A stretch of DNA of 64,000 nt. It comes from an uncultured delta proteobacterium (GTDB lineage: Bacteria; Bdellovibrionota; FAC87; UBA2466). Location of the stretch: assembly GCA_963778115.1 (NCBI GenBank), contig CAVZSV010000004.1, positions 1,600,001-1,664,000 on the forward strand, in the 5' to 3' direction. The translations under genes were made by a program, and so were the position numbers. Of this stretch, positions 1 through 8,779 are shown in pieces; positions within the stretch are counted from its first letter, which is position 1, and every line of letters starts with the position of its first letter. Below the pieces are notes generated by a model, which saw only the letters and a program-made list of their open reading frames with translations, was not told the DNA's origin and made no database searches.

Positions 1-318
1 GCAAGAACGCTAGGATTTCATCCTGCCAGAGCTCGGGCACTTTTCCTTGCTGTGAGTTCACTGCTGCTCACAGTGACCGTATTTTTTACGGGCTCCATCG
101 GCTTTGTAGGGCTTGTGGTTCCCCATGCGGTTCGCTTGGTATTTCGCCCGTCTAGTGCCCGACAACTTCTTCTATTCTCAATGGTAGTGGGTGCAACTTT
201 CTTGGCTTTCTCAGATCTATTCTCAAGAATGCTTTTGCCTCCTTTTGAATTTCCGATTGGAATTATCACTACCCTTTGCGGAGGACCGCTGTTTCTCTAT
301 CTTTTATGGAGACGGTGA
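1..318 (+). CDS. FecCD/BtuC-family iron or cobalamin ABC permease, C-terminal part (5' end outside window)
   Basis: Frame is open from base 1. Contains GSIGFVGLVVPH and PIGIITTLCGGPLFLYLL, typical of the FecCD C-terminus. Confidence 0.9.
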   Translation, partial: ARTLGFHPARARALFLAVSSLLLTVTVFFTGSIGFVGLVVPHAVRLVFRPSSARQLLLFSMVVGATFLAFSDLFSRMLLPPFEFPIGIITTLCGGPLFLYLLWRR

Positions 319-323
319 AAGCA

Positions 324-1079
324 ATGAACGAGCAAAGTTTTTGTCGAGGAGAAAACATCGTACTGACCCATGGGTCTCGTGTCGTTACTCCACAACCTTT
401 AAACTTTACCTTCCCATCGGGAAAAGCGACGGCACTCATTGGCCCCAACGGATCGGGAAAGACGACGTTACTCCGTGCTATTACGGGTGAAACAACCCTT
501 TCTTCGGGAACTATCTTTCTAGGCAAAGAGAACCGATCGGTTCGAGAAATAGATTTCCCGGAGCTTTCTCGTCTGGTTGCCGTCGTTCCGCAAGAGCACC
601 ACTACCCTTCGCATCTGCTTTTAACAGAGACCCTTTGCATGGCCTTTTTGCCTAAGGCAGGACTATGGGGAAGACTCCCTAATCCCAATGACCCTAGAAT
701 CATTGAAGCGCTTGACCACTTCGCCCTTCAATCGCTAGCCAATCGCCCGTTAGGTCAACTGAGCACTGGAGAACGACAAAGAGCATTTCTGGCGCGCGCC
801 TTCTTGCAGCAACCTCGGATGCTTTTATTAGATGAGCCGACTAACCATTTGGATCCGGGGGGAAGAGAGACCTTTTGGAGGGTTCTTACCGAAAAACGCA
901 AGAAAACGGCGATAGATGTCGTAATCAGCACGCATGACCTAGCATTTGTGAAAACCCATTGTGAGTGGGTGTGTGGGTTGTCTCGAGGAGAGATGGTGTA
1001 TTTGGGTCCGACGAAAGAGTTTTTTGAGGGGGAGAAGCTTCAGACACTGTTTGGCGGGAGAATTACGGTGGGGGGTTGA
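324..1079 (+). CDS. FecE/BtuD-like ABC transporter ATP-binding protein
   Basis: Walker A GPNGSGKT, signature LSTGERQR, Walker B LLLDEPT, H-loop. Start placed at ATG 324, just after the permease stop. Confidence 0.9.
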   Translation: MNEQSFCRGENIVLTHGSRVVTPQPLNFTFPSGKATALIGPNGSGKTTLLRAITGETTLSSGTIFLGKENRSVREIDFPELSRLVAVVPQEHHYPSHLLLTETLCMAFLPKAGLWGRLPNPNDPRIIEALDHFALQSLANRPLGQLSTGERQRAFLARAFLQQPRMLLLDEPTNHLDPGGRETFWRVLTEKRKKTAIDVVISTHDLAFVKTHCEWVCGLSRGEMVYLGPTKEFFEGEKLQTLFGGRITVGG

Positions 1080-1266
1080 CGCCTGTTAAGAATAAGTGCC
1101 ACGACCTCATGGAGGACATTTTTACTTCTTATGAGCACACTCCTCGCGTCCCCCAACGCCAAAGCACCTGTAGGCCATATCGTGACTCTTGAAACAGGTT
1201 CTGCAGCGATAGGCGGCCGTGGCCGGATTGAGAAGAATCGGCGAGCAGGCAAGTGTCAGTAGCCGA

Positions 1267-2700
1267 CTACTTCGCGCCCCTAACAAAAAGTTGCGTTGGT
1301 ACCGTCTCTAACTTATCCCCCGGAGTATTATTAGGCGCCTGCGCCAATGCGAGTCCGGTGTCCTTGAGGTCGGTTCGCATGGCGGGAGTCACGTCGTTTA
1401 GTTTTACTAAATTAATACTTCCCACGGCGATCTTATGGCCCAGAACTTTGCCGCTTTTGTCTTGAATGAAATCTGGAGCGCGGGCGGAAACTTCTTTAAA
1501 ACCGACAGCGGCACTAGCCAGTGATCGGTTATATAGTTTGAGTTGATCAGCATTAAACATCGATACTACCGACATATTTCTTCCACCGGTGGCGTACTGG
1601 GCAATTCTTTGTTTGACGTCGTTATCGGAAATCTTAACTCTGGCATCGATAGGAATCATGGATCTAGGATCCACACCGGCGCGATCGATGGCGGCGAGAT
1701 TTGCTCGATAAAGGGCTGAGTCGATCCATTCCTCTTTGGGATCTCCCGCTTTGATATCGTGGCCATATACTCTGGGATTCACGGCATAGGCATTCATCGC
1801 CAACATCTGTTGGCAAAGTTTGAACCGGTCTTGAAGCTTAGGAACCATAGCTCGCGTATATTGCAGACTAAGTTTATTTTGCGGGTTTATCCTATCTTCG
1901 ATATTAGGCTGAGCGGGATTTCGTTTTAGTTCGTCCAAATAATCTTTGCAGTCGGGATTATCTTCACTTAAGGCAAATTCGATTCCAGGCTGATTAGCGC
2001 GAATCTCTCCTAAGTTTGCAATGATGCGATTTCGAAACATTTTCGTCCATCGAGCTGCCATCACTCGCAACGCTTCGATGTTAGGCATAACGTCAGGATT
2101 TTTAGCTTCATTTTTGTTGTACGTTTTATAAATCTGTCGATCAGCCGTGTCGTATCCGACCTTTTCCATTTTCTTGACGACTTCGGGCTTTAATTTCCAA
2201 ACACTCATTCGCTTGCGATCCAAAGTGCCGTCACTGGTGAAGACTGAGCCTCCGTCAGAAGTGGCCATATCCCAAATTCCGTATTTGGCCCCCTGCCATA
2301 CTTGATAGGCCGCGGCCTCTAAAGGTGACTTATCGCTACCCGCGCCGTGGATGGAAACATAAGGCGCAAGCCATTGCTGACAGGTTTGCCCACCGACCCA
2401 TTTCATACAGTAGTCCCAGACATAGCTGTGGTAAGTCGTGGTTGATAGAAAAGAGTTTCCGTCCTGAGAGTTGACTGGCTTTCCGCCGCCTCCACCGCCC
2501 AGAGAGTCTTTGAAGGAGACTTCCTTCATATCTAAATCTTGGGAAAGGGAATTGAGTTTAGTGGCGAGTTCCTGTTTAGGCTTCATCTCATCGGCAACAT
2601 ATAATTGCGCCGTGGCCGTAGTCGAAACCGCTGTTGCCACGGTGGCAGCAATCAACGCGACTACACGGACCGTGCCTAAAATTTCCCCCCGGAAATTCAT
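1267..2700 (-). CDS. Hypothetical secreted protein, 477 aa
   Basis: Long ORF with a GGAG RBS and a signal-peptide-like N-terminus (..ATVATAVSTTATA/Q). No family recognised. Confidence 0.8.
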   Translation of the reverse strand: MNFRGEILGTVRVVALIAATVATAVSTTATAQLYVADEMKPKQELATKLNSLSQDLDMKEVSFKDSLGGGGGGKPVNSQDGNSFLSTTTYHSYVWDYCMKWVGGQTCQQWLAPYVSIHGAGSDKSPLEAAAYQVWQGAKYGIWDMATSDGGSVFTSDGTLDRKRMSVWKLKPEVVKKMEKVGYDTADRQIYKTYNKNEAKNPDVMPNIEALRVMAARWTKMFRNRIIANLGEIRANQPGIEFALSEDNPDCKDYLDELKRNPAQPNIEDRINPQNKLSLQYTRAMVPKLQDRFKLCQQMLAMNAYAVNPRVYGHDIKAGDPKEEWIDSALYRANLAAIDRAGVDPRSMIPIDARVKISDNDVKQRIAQYATGGRNMSVVSMFNADQLKLYNRSLASAAVGFKEVSARAPDFIQDKSGKVLGHKIAVGSINLVKLNDVTPAMRTDLKDTGLALAQAPNNTPGDKLETVPTQLFVRGAK

Positions 2701-2722
2701 AACTCCCCCTGGTAGGATCTAG

Positions 2723-2739
2723 AGCAACTTCAATACCAG
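2723..2739 (-). promoter_or_regulatory. Putative sigma-54 (-24/-12) promoter of the 477-aa gene
   Basis: Minus strand reads CTGGTATTGAAGTTGCT, an exact GG-N10-GC with TTGC, ~22 nt upstream of the ATG. Confidence 0.6.
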
Positions 2740-3053
2740 TTTGAAACCACTCTAATTCCTACGGTTTTTGTATACGGTTTTGACGCCTCATCTCTCATGC
2801 CCCCTACTTAATTGAAAAAGCCAAGGGTTATTAACGCTCTAGAGTGCCTAATTCCTGGACAAGCCCCCGTTCTGTCTTAAGCCCCTCACGATAGCCTTGG
2901 CGATCGTATGCAGCATGAGCAAGTAAGCCCCTAGTAAGGCATGTATTCTACGCGGTGCACAATGAATACGAATACCAGTCCATTCTCCAGAATACACCTA
3001 TGGGCGATGTCGCTTGTCTAGCCGGATGCCGTTTGGTAGCAAAGACTTTCAAC

Positions 3054-5592
3054 ATGGAAGAAAAAGATCTCCCAGAAATAGGTTCACAGCCCTGTGACGG
3101 ACTACCGACCGAAGCAAAGCCATCGGTTCCGCTTACTCCCATGCTCGTGCAATACATGGAGCTAAAGCGCAACTATCCGGACTCGATCCTGTTTTATCGA
3201 ATGGGAGACTTTTATGAGATGTTTTTTGACGACGCCCTTACCGCCAGTCCCATTCTCGAAGTTCAATTAACCTCACGAGACAAAAATGCGATCAATCCGA
3301 TTCCGATGTGTGGGGTTCCCTATCATGCGCTCAGCCAATATCTTCAAAAGTTAGTGGCCAAAGGATTTAAGGTCGCCATTTGTGAACAGATGGAGGATCC
3401 CTCAGCCACAAAAGGGATCGTTCGCAGAGATGTCGTCAGAGTGGTAACGCCAGCGCTCATTGGAGACCCTGAGCTGGTCCCCGAAGAAACCAAAAATTGG
3501 CTCGCCTGTCTCTGCCCCGGAAGTGGAAAGAATCCTGCATTCGCGGAACTCTCCTTGCTCGATCTTTTGGGCGGAGTGGTGAAGTCGGGAAATGTAGAGT
3601 CCATCCGCGAGCTGGCCGATCTCTTGTCGCAGTCTCAGCCCAAAGAGCTCTTAATAGCGGACGGGGATGCCGCTTGGATCGAGGAAATTGCCCGAGATCT
3701 TCCCCAGATGATCATCACCAAGCGCTCTCACTATTTTGAAAAGACCGACCCTAGGTTGCCGCGATCTTTGGGAGCTTTGAAGCAATATCTCAACGAAACA
3801 CAAAAGCGCGCCGACTTGCCTCACTGGCGCAATCCCCTTCCTCTAAGTGAAGCGCTTTCGATGCAAATGGATCCGACCACCACTGCCAGCCTTGAGTTAC
3901 TCAAGTCTAATTCCTCCACAGATAAGATAGACGGCCCGTGCCTTTTTCGAGTGTTGGACTACACAAAAACTCCCATGGGGCGCAGGACTTTAAAGGAATG
4001 GCTCATCAATCCCTTGGGAACCCTGGCTCCCGTAGAAGCGCGGCACCAAGCCGTGGAGGAGTTCCTGACCAAAACCGCTCTTGCGGAAAAGGTCCAGATG
4101 CTATTAGCGCCCATTCGAGACTTGGAGCGCTTAACAACGAAGACGGCTCTGGGGCTCGCCATGCCGCGAGATCTCGTCGCCATCCGAGAAATATTAAGAG
4201 TCTTGCCGAGTATCAAAGAGACGGCTCAGAAGGCAAAGGCCAAACGCCTTAAGAAAATAGGCGACGAACTCGACTTACTTGCCGAACTTACCCAGACTCT
4301 GGAGAAGGCCCTCGAGGAGATAGCTCCCGCCACTTTACGGGACGGTGGGATTTTTCGAAGCGAATACCATAAAGAGATCGCCGAATATCGAAGCCTTTCA
4401 AGAGACGCCAAATCGACCATCGCGAGTATAGAAGCACGAGAGAAGGCAAGAACAGGAATTCCGTCGCTAAAATTAAAATATAGTCGTGTTTTTGGTTACA
4501 CCATCGAAATTACTAAAGCGTATCTCAATAAAGTTCCCTCCGAATACATCCGCAAACAAACCATAGCCAATGGCGAACGTTTCATTACCGAGGAGATAAA
4601 GACCTTTGAAGAGAAGGTCGTTTCAGCGGAGTACCGGCTAAAGACGCTGGAAGAGTCTTTATTCTTGGAGTTGCGGGAAACGGTGGGTAAGAAGGCCCCC
4701 GTACTTTTGCAGGACGCTCGCCTTTTGGGTGAGCTAGATGTCTTAGTAGGCTTTTCTGAAGCGGCCAAGAAGCGGGGCTATTGTAAGCCGCTGATGGCGG
4801 AGACAGGAACTTTGAACTTACAGGAGGGGAGGCATCCGGTTGTAGAGACTTTGCTCGCTCCTGGCCAGTTTGTTCCCAATTCCATGGTGTTGGGAGAAGA
4901 CTCACGCACTCTCCTCATTACAGGCCCCAACATGGGAGGCAAGTCGACTATCATGCGGCAAGCCGCTCTTATCGCCATTATGGCTCAAGCAGGCTCATTC
5001 GTTCCGGCCACGTCCGCCCGCATTCCCTTGGTCGATGCGATCTACACCCGCATCGGTAGCTCGGACGATCTCAGCTCGCGGGCGATCCACCTTTATGGTG
5101 GAGATGACTGAAGTTGCCCGGATCTTGGATAGGGCTACTGCGAAGAGTTTGATCCTCATTGACGAGATCGGTCGAGGAACGAGTACCTATGACGGACTCT
5201 CCCTCGCGTGGTCGCTTCTGGAATTCATCCACAACGACATTCAAGCCAAGACTCTGTTCGCAACGCACTTCCACGAATTAACGCTACTCGAAAAATCTTT
5301 GCCAGGATTACGCAACGTGAACGTCTTAGTGGAAAAGTGGCGCGATGAGATCGTTTTTCTCTATCGCTTGGCGTCGGGAGTCTGCAACCAGAGCTATGGA
5401 ATTGAAGTGGCAAAGCTAGCAGGGCTCCCCCAGAAAGTCTTGCTGCGGGCTCGAGATCTCTTGTCAGTGTTGGAAACTCAATCCCAACGCGGCACACGCG
5501 CGAGAAACCGCGCGTTGGAAATTCACGACAACCAAATGGTCTTTTTCGATGAGTCGAAAACCTCCGAAAGCCGCACTGAGCTTGAAACTTAA
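3054..5592 (+). pseudogene. mutS: DNA mismatch repair protein MutS, interrupted by a +1 frameshift near 5073
   Basis: First frame has FYRMGDFYEMFFDDA and Walker A TGPNMGGKST. Second frame continues ARGRSTFMVEM, DEIGRGTST, FATHFHEL and a clamp-like motif QMVFF. Removing one base gives an 845-aa protein. Confidence 0.92.
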
Positions 5593-5935
5593 ACAAAATC
5601 AAAAAAGACGGTTGACAAGTTTGTAAGCGAAAATAATTATCTTCAAATTGCTGGGTTTTCCCAGCATTTACAGCGTTTTGCAGAGGCTGCCTCACACGTG
5701 ACATAGAGGGTGAGATGACCAGTAAGTTCCGCAGCATGTTAAACGAGGTAGCTCGGTTGGGGTTTTTGACAAAATTTTAAGAATACCGCCGATACAATTT
5801 GTCCCTAGCAGGTTCTTCAGATTCTGTAGTGTCCCGAAGAAATGGACTCCAGGTGTCTGTCGATTTTCGACTATATTGCCCGTCGTGGCTCTAGTTTGGA
5901 ACCTTGCCTGAGGAAGTCCCGCTGGACCTAAAAAG

Positions 5936-6111
5936 TTATCCACAGCATGTGGATAACTTACTGGTCGAGCTCCCTTCTCCGAGGAAAGTGTCTTAACTTT
6001 TCTTGGTTTCGTCCCCTAAATAAGGTATCAACATCCTTACCTAAAAGACCCTATTAGGAAAGGATCGCTCGCTGAAAAAGCAACCAAATAACCCTTACAA
6101 GGTTTTCCACA
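5936..6111. promoter_or_regulatory. DnaA-box cluster (oriC, DARS or datA-like candidate)
   Basis: TTATCCACA at 5936-5944 and TGTGGATAA at 5948-5956 are both perfect. TTTTCCACA at 6103-6111 fits TTWTNCACA. GTATCAACA near 6025 has two mismatches. Confidence 0.7.
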
Positions 6112-6125
6112 GTACCTCGGAGAAG

Positions 6126-6983
6126 TTGCGTTCCCAGATCCATATTGTGCTCGTTCGCCCCGAATTGGGGGCTAACGTGGGCTCCGCCATGCGGGCCATC
6201 GCCAACATGGGAATTCTGACCCCGCTTCGCATCGTCGGAACCCCTGATATTTTGGATGAAAAGTCCAGGGCTTTGGCCAAACATGCCTCCGACCGCCTTG
6301 GCCAGACCCAGTTTTACGCAGATCTCTCAAAAGCCCTCTATATAGATGAGGGGGACAGTCTGTCATTGGCGGCTACAGCACGGATTGGCTCCGCCAAACG
6401 TCCCCATCCGTTATGGGTCAGGCCAGCCATTGAAAAGGCACTTTCAAAATTGTCCTTGGAGGAGAAAAAAAATATTTTCCTGGTCTTCGGTCCTGAGGGG
6501 GACGGATTAACCAATGAAGAAGTAGACTTATGCGACTGGGTCGTTACTATCCCCTCTCGTCCCGAGTATCGTTCCTTGAATTTGGCCCAAGCCGTACTCA
6601 TATTCTGCTATGAAGTGAACTTTGTACTAACCGAACAGTGGCAACGCTTGGAAAGCCCCAAGGCCTCCCAGAAACAGAGGCTTATCCAACATATGTTGCA
6701 GCTAGCCAAAGAAAGCGGTTTTATCCTGCCCGGAGATCCTCACAAAATGTTACCCAGACTGGAGGAGATCTTTGGACAACTGCCCTCTCATATTAAAGAA
6801 GCCCGAACGCTTCACGGGCTCATCGACCAAGTGATGCGTCAAGTCGTTCGCTCGGTACAGAGCGGTGAGGTTGCGTATAAGGGACGGTTCAAGAACATTG
6901 CGAGTATGGCAACGACCAGCGGCAAAATCCGTAACCCCGATCCCAAATCTGAAATGCTAACTGACGTACAAGAACAGGTGTAG
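6126..6983 (+). CDS. TrmJ/LasT-family SPOUT RNA methyltransferase
   Basis: IVLVRP..NVGSAMRAIANMG, VFGPEGDGLTNEE, SLNLAQAV. TTG start. Confidence 0.85.
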   Translation: MRSQIHIVLVRPELGANVGSAMRAIANMGILTPLRIVGTPDILDEKSRALAKHASDRLGQTQFYADLSKALYIDEGDSLSLAATARIGSAKRPHPLWVRPAIEKALSKLSLEEKKNIFLVFGPEGDGLTNEEVDLCDWVVTIPSRPEYRSLNLAQAVLIFCYEVNFVLTEQWQRLESPKASQKQRLIQHMLQLAKESGFILPGDPHKMLPRLEEIFGQLPSHIKEARTLHGLIDQVMRQVVRSVQSGEVAYKGRFKNIASMATTSGKIRNPDPKSEMLTDVQEQV

Positions 6984-6988
6984 AAACG

Positions 6989-7576
6989 ATGGAACCAAAA
7001 GAAAAAAAGCCGACTAAAGCTGATAACGAACCCAGGAAAGGCGCCGAACAGGCCTCTTTAGAGCAAGACGAGGCATTGGCGGAAACGCTAGACAATAGCG
7101 ACGCGGATCCCCAAGAAGGATTAACCCGTGAATTTGAAGTCATCCAGAAGGAGCTTCTCTACTTACGTGCTGAGTTTGATAATTATAAAAAGCGCATCTT
7201 ACGTGAGCAGGAGCAGGCGATCCGCTTCGCCAATGAGAAGATCATTCGCGAGTTCTTAGTCGTCGTCGACCATCTAGAACGCGGCGTGCTACACGGGAAA
7301 GAGCTCTCCGACAAAGGACAAACCACTCCAAAAGACTTCACCAATTTCGTGAACGGCATGGAGATGACGCAAAGGGAACTCACTCAACTTCTCAATCGCT
7401 TCGGTGTAGAATTAATCGGCTCTCCGGGAGAACCTTTTGATCCGGCCAAGCACGAAGCGATCTCTGAACAGGAGGCTGCTCCAGAAAAACGCGGGTCGGT
7501 TTTACAGGTTTTGCAGAAGGGTTGCCTTCTCAACGGTCGCTTGTTGGCGCCCGCCCGGGTGGTAGTGGCGAAATGA
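6989..7576 (+). CDS. grpE: Nucleotide exchange factor GrpE
   Basis: AEFDNYKKR, FDPAKHEA, LQKGCLLNGRLLAPARVVV. Confidence 0.95.
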   Translation: MEPKEKKPTKADNEPRKGAEQASLEQDEALAETLDNSDADPQEGLTREFEVIQKELLYLRAEFDNYKKRILREQEQAIRFANEKIIREFLVVVDHLERGVLHGKELSDKGQTTPKDFTNFVNGMEMTQRELTQLLNRFGVELIGSPGEPFDPAKHEAISEQEAAPEKRGSVLQVLQKGCLLNGRLLAPARVVVAK

Positions 7577-7641
7577 ATGTTGATAAAAGCATGTAGCCAG
7601 CCATAAGATGACAGACAAGCAAGCCTGAGAGCCCGAAGTGA

Positions 7642-7667
7642 CCAGATCGCAATGCCAGATCGCAATG
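7642..7667. repeat. Exact 13-bp tandem duplication (CCAGATCGCAATG x2)
   Basis: Read directly in the grpE-dnaJ spacer. Confidence 0.85.
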
Positions 7668-7678
7668 AATGAAACGAC

Positions 7679-8779
7679 ATGACCACTAGAGAAGACTATT
7701 ACATTCTCCTTGGCGTCACTCGCACCGCTACGGATGACGAACTGAAGAAGGCTTATCGAAAACTCGCCATCCAACACCATCCCGATCGCAATCCTGGCGA
7801 TAAAGTTTCAGAGGAAAAATTTAAGCAGCTTAACGAGGCCTATCAAATTCTAAGCGATCCCCAAAAACGCGCGGCTTACGACCAATTCGGACATGCCGGG
7901 GTGAATCAAGGTTTCGGAGGTTTCGAACAAGGGTTTGGCGCGGGATCTTTTTCGGACATCTTCGATAATATTTTCGGCGACATTTTTGGAGGCGGAGGAG
8001 GCTCAAGTGGCGTCGACCTTCGTTACAACCTAGAAATAAGCTTCGAAGAGGCCGCCTTTGGCGTCGAGAAAGAGATCAATTTCGAAAAAGAATCGTCTTG
8101 CAAGAGTTGCGACGGAAACGGAGCAAAAGCAGGCACAAAACCTAAGACATGTCGTAATTGTCGAGGCACGGGACAGGTTAGATTTAACCAAGGTTTTTTC
8201 ACCTTAAGTAGGCCCTGTGCGGGCTGTAGCGGGCGCGGAGTTATCATCGAAGAAAAATGCCCCGACTGTCGCGGCCGAGGACGAGTCCGTAAGCCACACA
8301 CCGTGACGGTTAAAGTGCCGGCCGGCATCGACTCCGAACAGCGCTTAAGGCTTCGCAACGAAGGAGAAAGTTCGGAGTTGGGCGGCCAGTCGGGAGACCT
8401 GTATGTCCATATTCGAGTGAAAGAACATGCGCTTTTTCGTCGAGAAGCAGAACACGTCATTCTAGAACTTCCCATCACTTTTACTCAAGCCGCCATAGGA
8501 GCGGAAATCGACGTCCCGACATTACTGGGAGCTACCCCGCTTAAAGTCCCGTCGGGAACTCAATCAGGAACCATCCTTCGGCTTAAAGGAAAAGGGATCA
8601 AACGGTTGAATGGTTCGGGTTTTGGAGATCAGCTGGTACGTCTGAACATCGAAACGCCGGCAAAACTGTCAACGCGGCAAAAAGAGCTTTTGCGAGAATT
8701 CGAGTCGGAATCGGCGAAAGACTCCCATCCGGGAGTCACTTCGTTTCTGAACAAATTTAAAGAGATTTTCAGAACATGA
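7679..8779 (+). CDS. dnaJ: Chaperone DnaJ
   Basis: J domain with HPD, G/F-rich linker, four CxxCxGxG repeats, C-terminal domain. Confidence 0.97.
   Translation: MTTREDYYILLGVTRTATDDELKKAYRKLAIQHHPDRNPGDKVSEEKFKQLNEAYQILSDPQKRAAYDQFGHAGVNQGFGGFEQGFGAGSFSDIFDNIFGDIFGGGGGSSGVDLRYNLEISFEEAAFGVEKEINFEKESSCKSCDGNGAKAGTKPKTCRNCRGTGQVRFNQGFFTLSRPCAGCSGRGVIIEEKCPDCRGRGRVRKPHTVTVKVPAGIDSEQRLRLRNEGESSELGGQSGDLYVHIRVKEHALFRREAEHVILELPITFTQAAIGAEIDVPTLLGATPLKVPSGTQSGTILRLKGKGIKRLNGSGFGDQLVRLNIETPAKLSTRQKELLREFESESAKDSHPGVTSFLNKFKEIFRT

Noticed and set aside
1080..1266. Cobalamin riboswitch or 43-aa ORF (1131-1262) after the ABC ATPase
   Set aside because: No B12-box motifs and it is downstream of the transporter. 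The ORF's GGAGG is 15 nt from the ATG and the peptide is unrecognisable.
2831..2851. CIRCE-like sequence TTAACGCTC-TA-GAGTGCCTA
   Set aside because: Spacer is 2 bp rather than 9, the arms are mismatched, and it is not upstream of chaperone genes.
5061..5111. Programmed ribosomal frameshift in mutS
   Set aside because: No slippery heptamer or stimulatory structure was seen, and a simple 1-bp insertion explains the split.
5690..5706. parS-like CACGTGA core near the DnaA boxes
   Set aside because: Only about 9 of 16 positions match TGTTTCACGTGAAACA.
5692..5943. 83-aa minus-strand ORF in the DnaA-box region
   Set aside because: Its GTG start lies inside a DnaA box, it has no RBS and no recognisable product.
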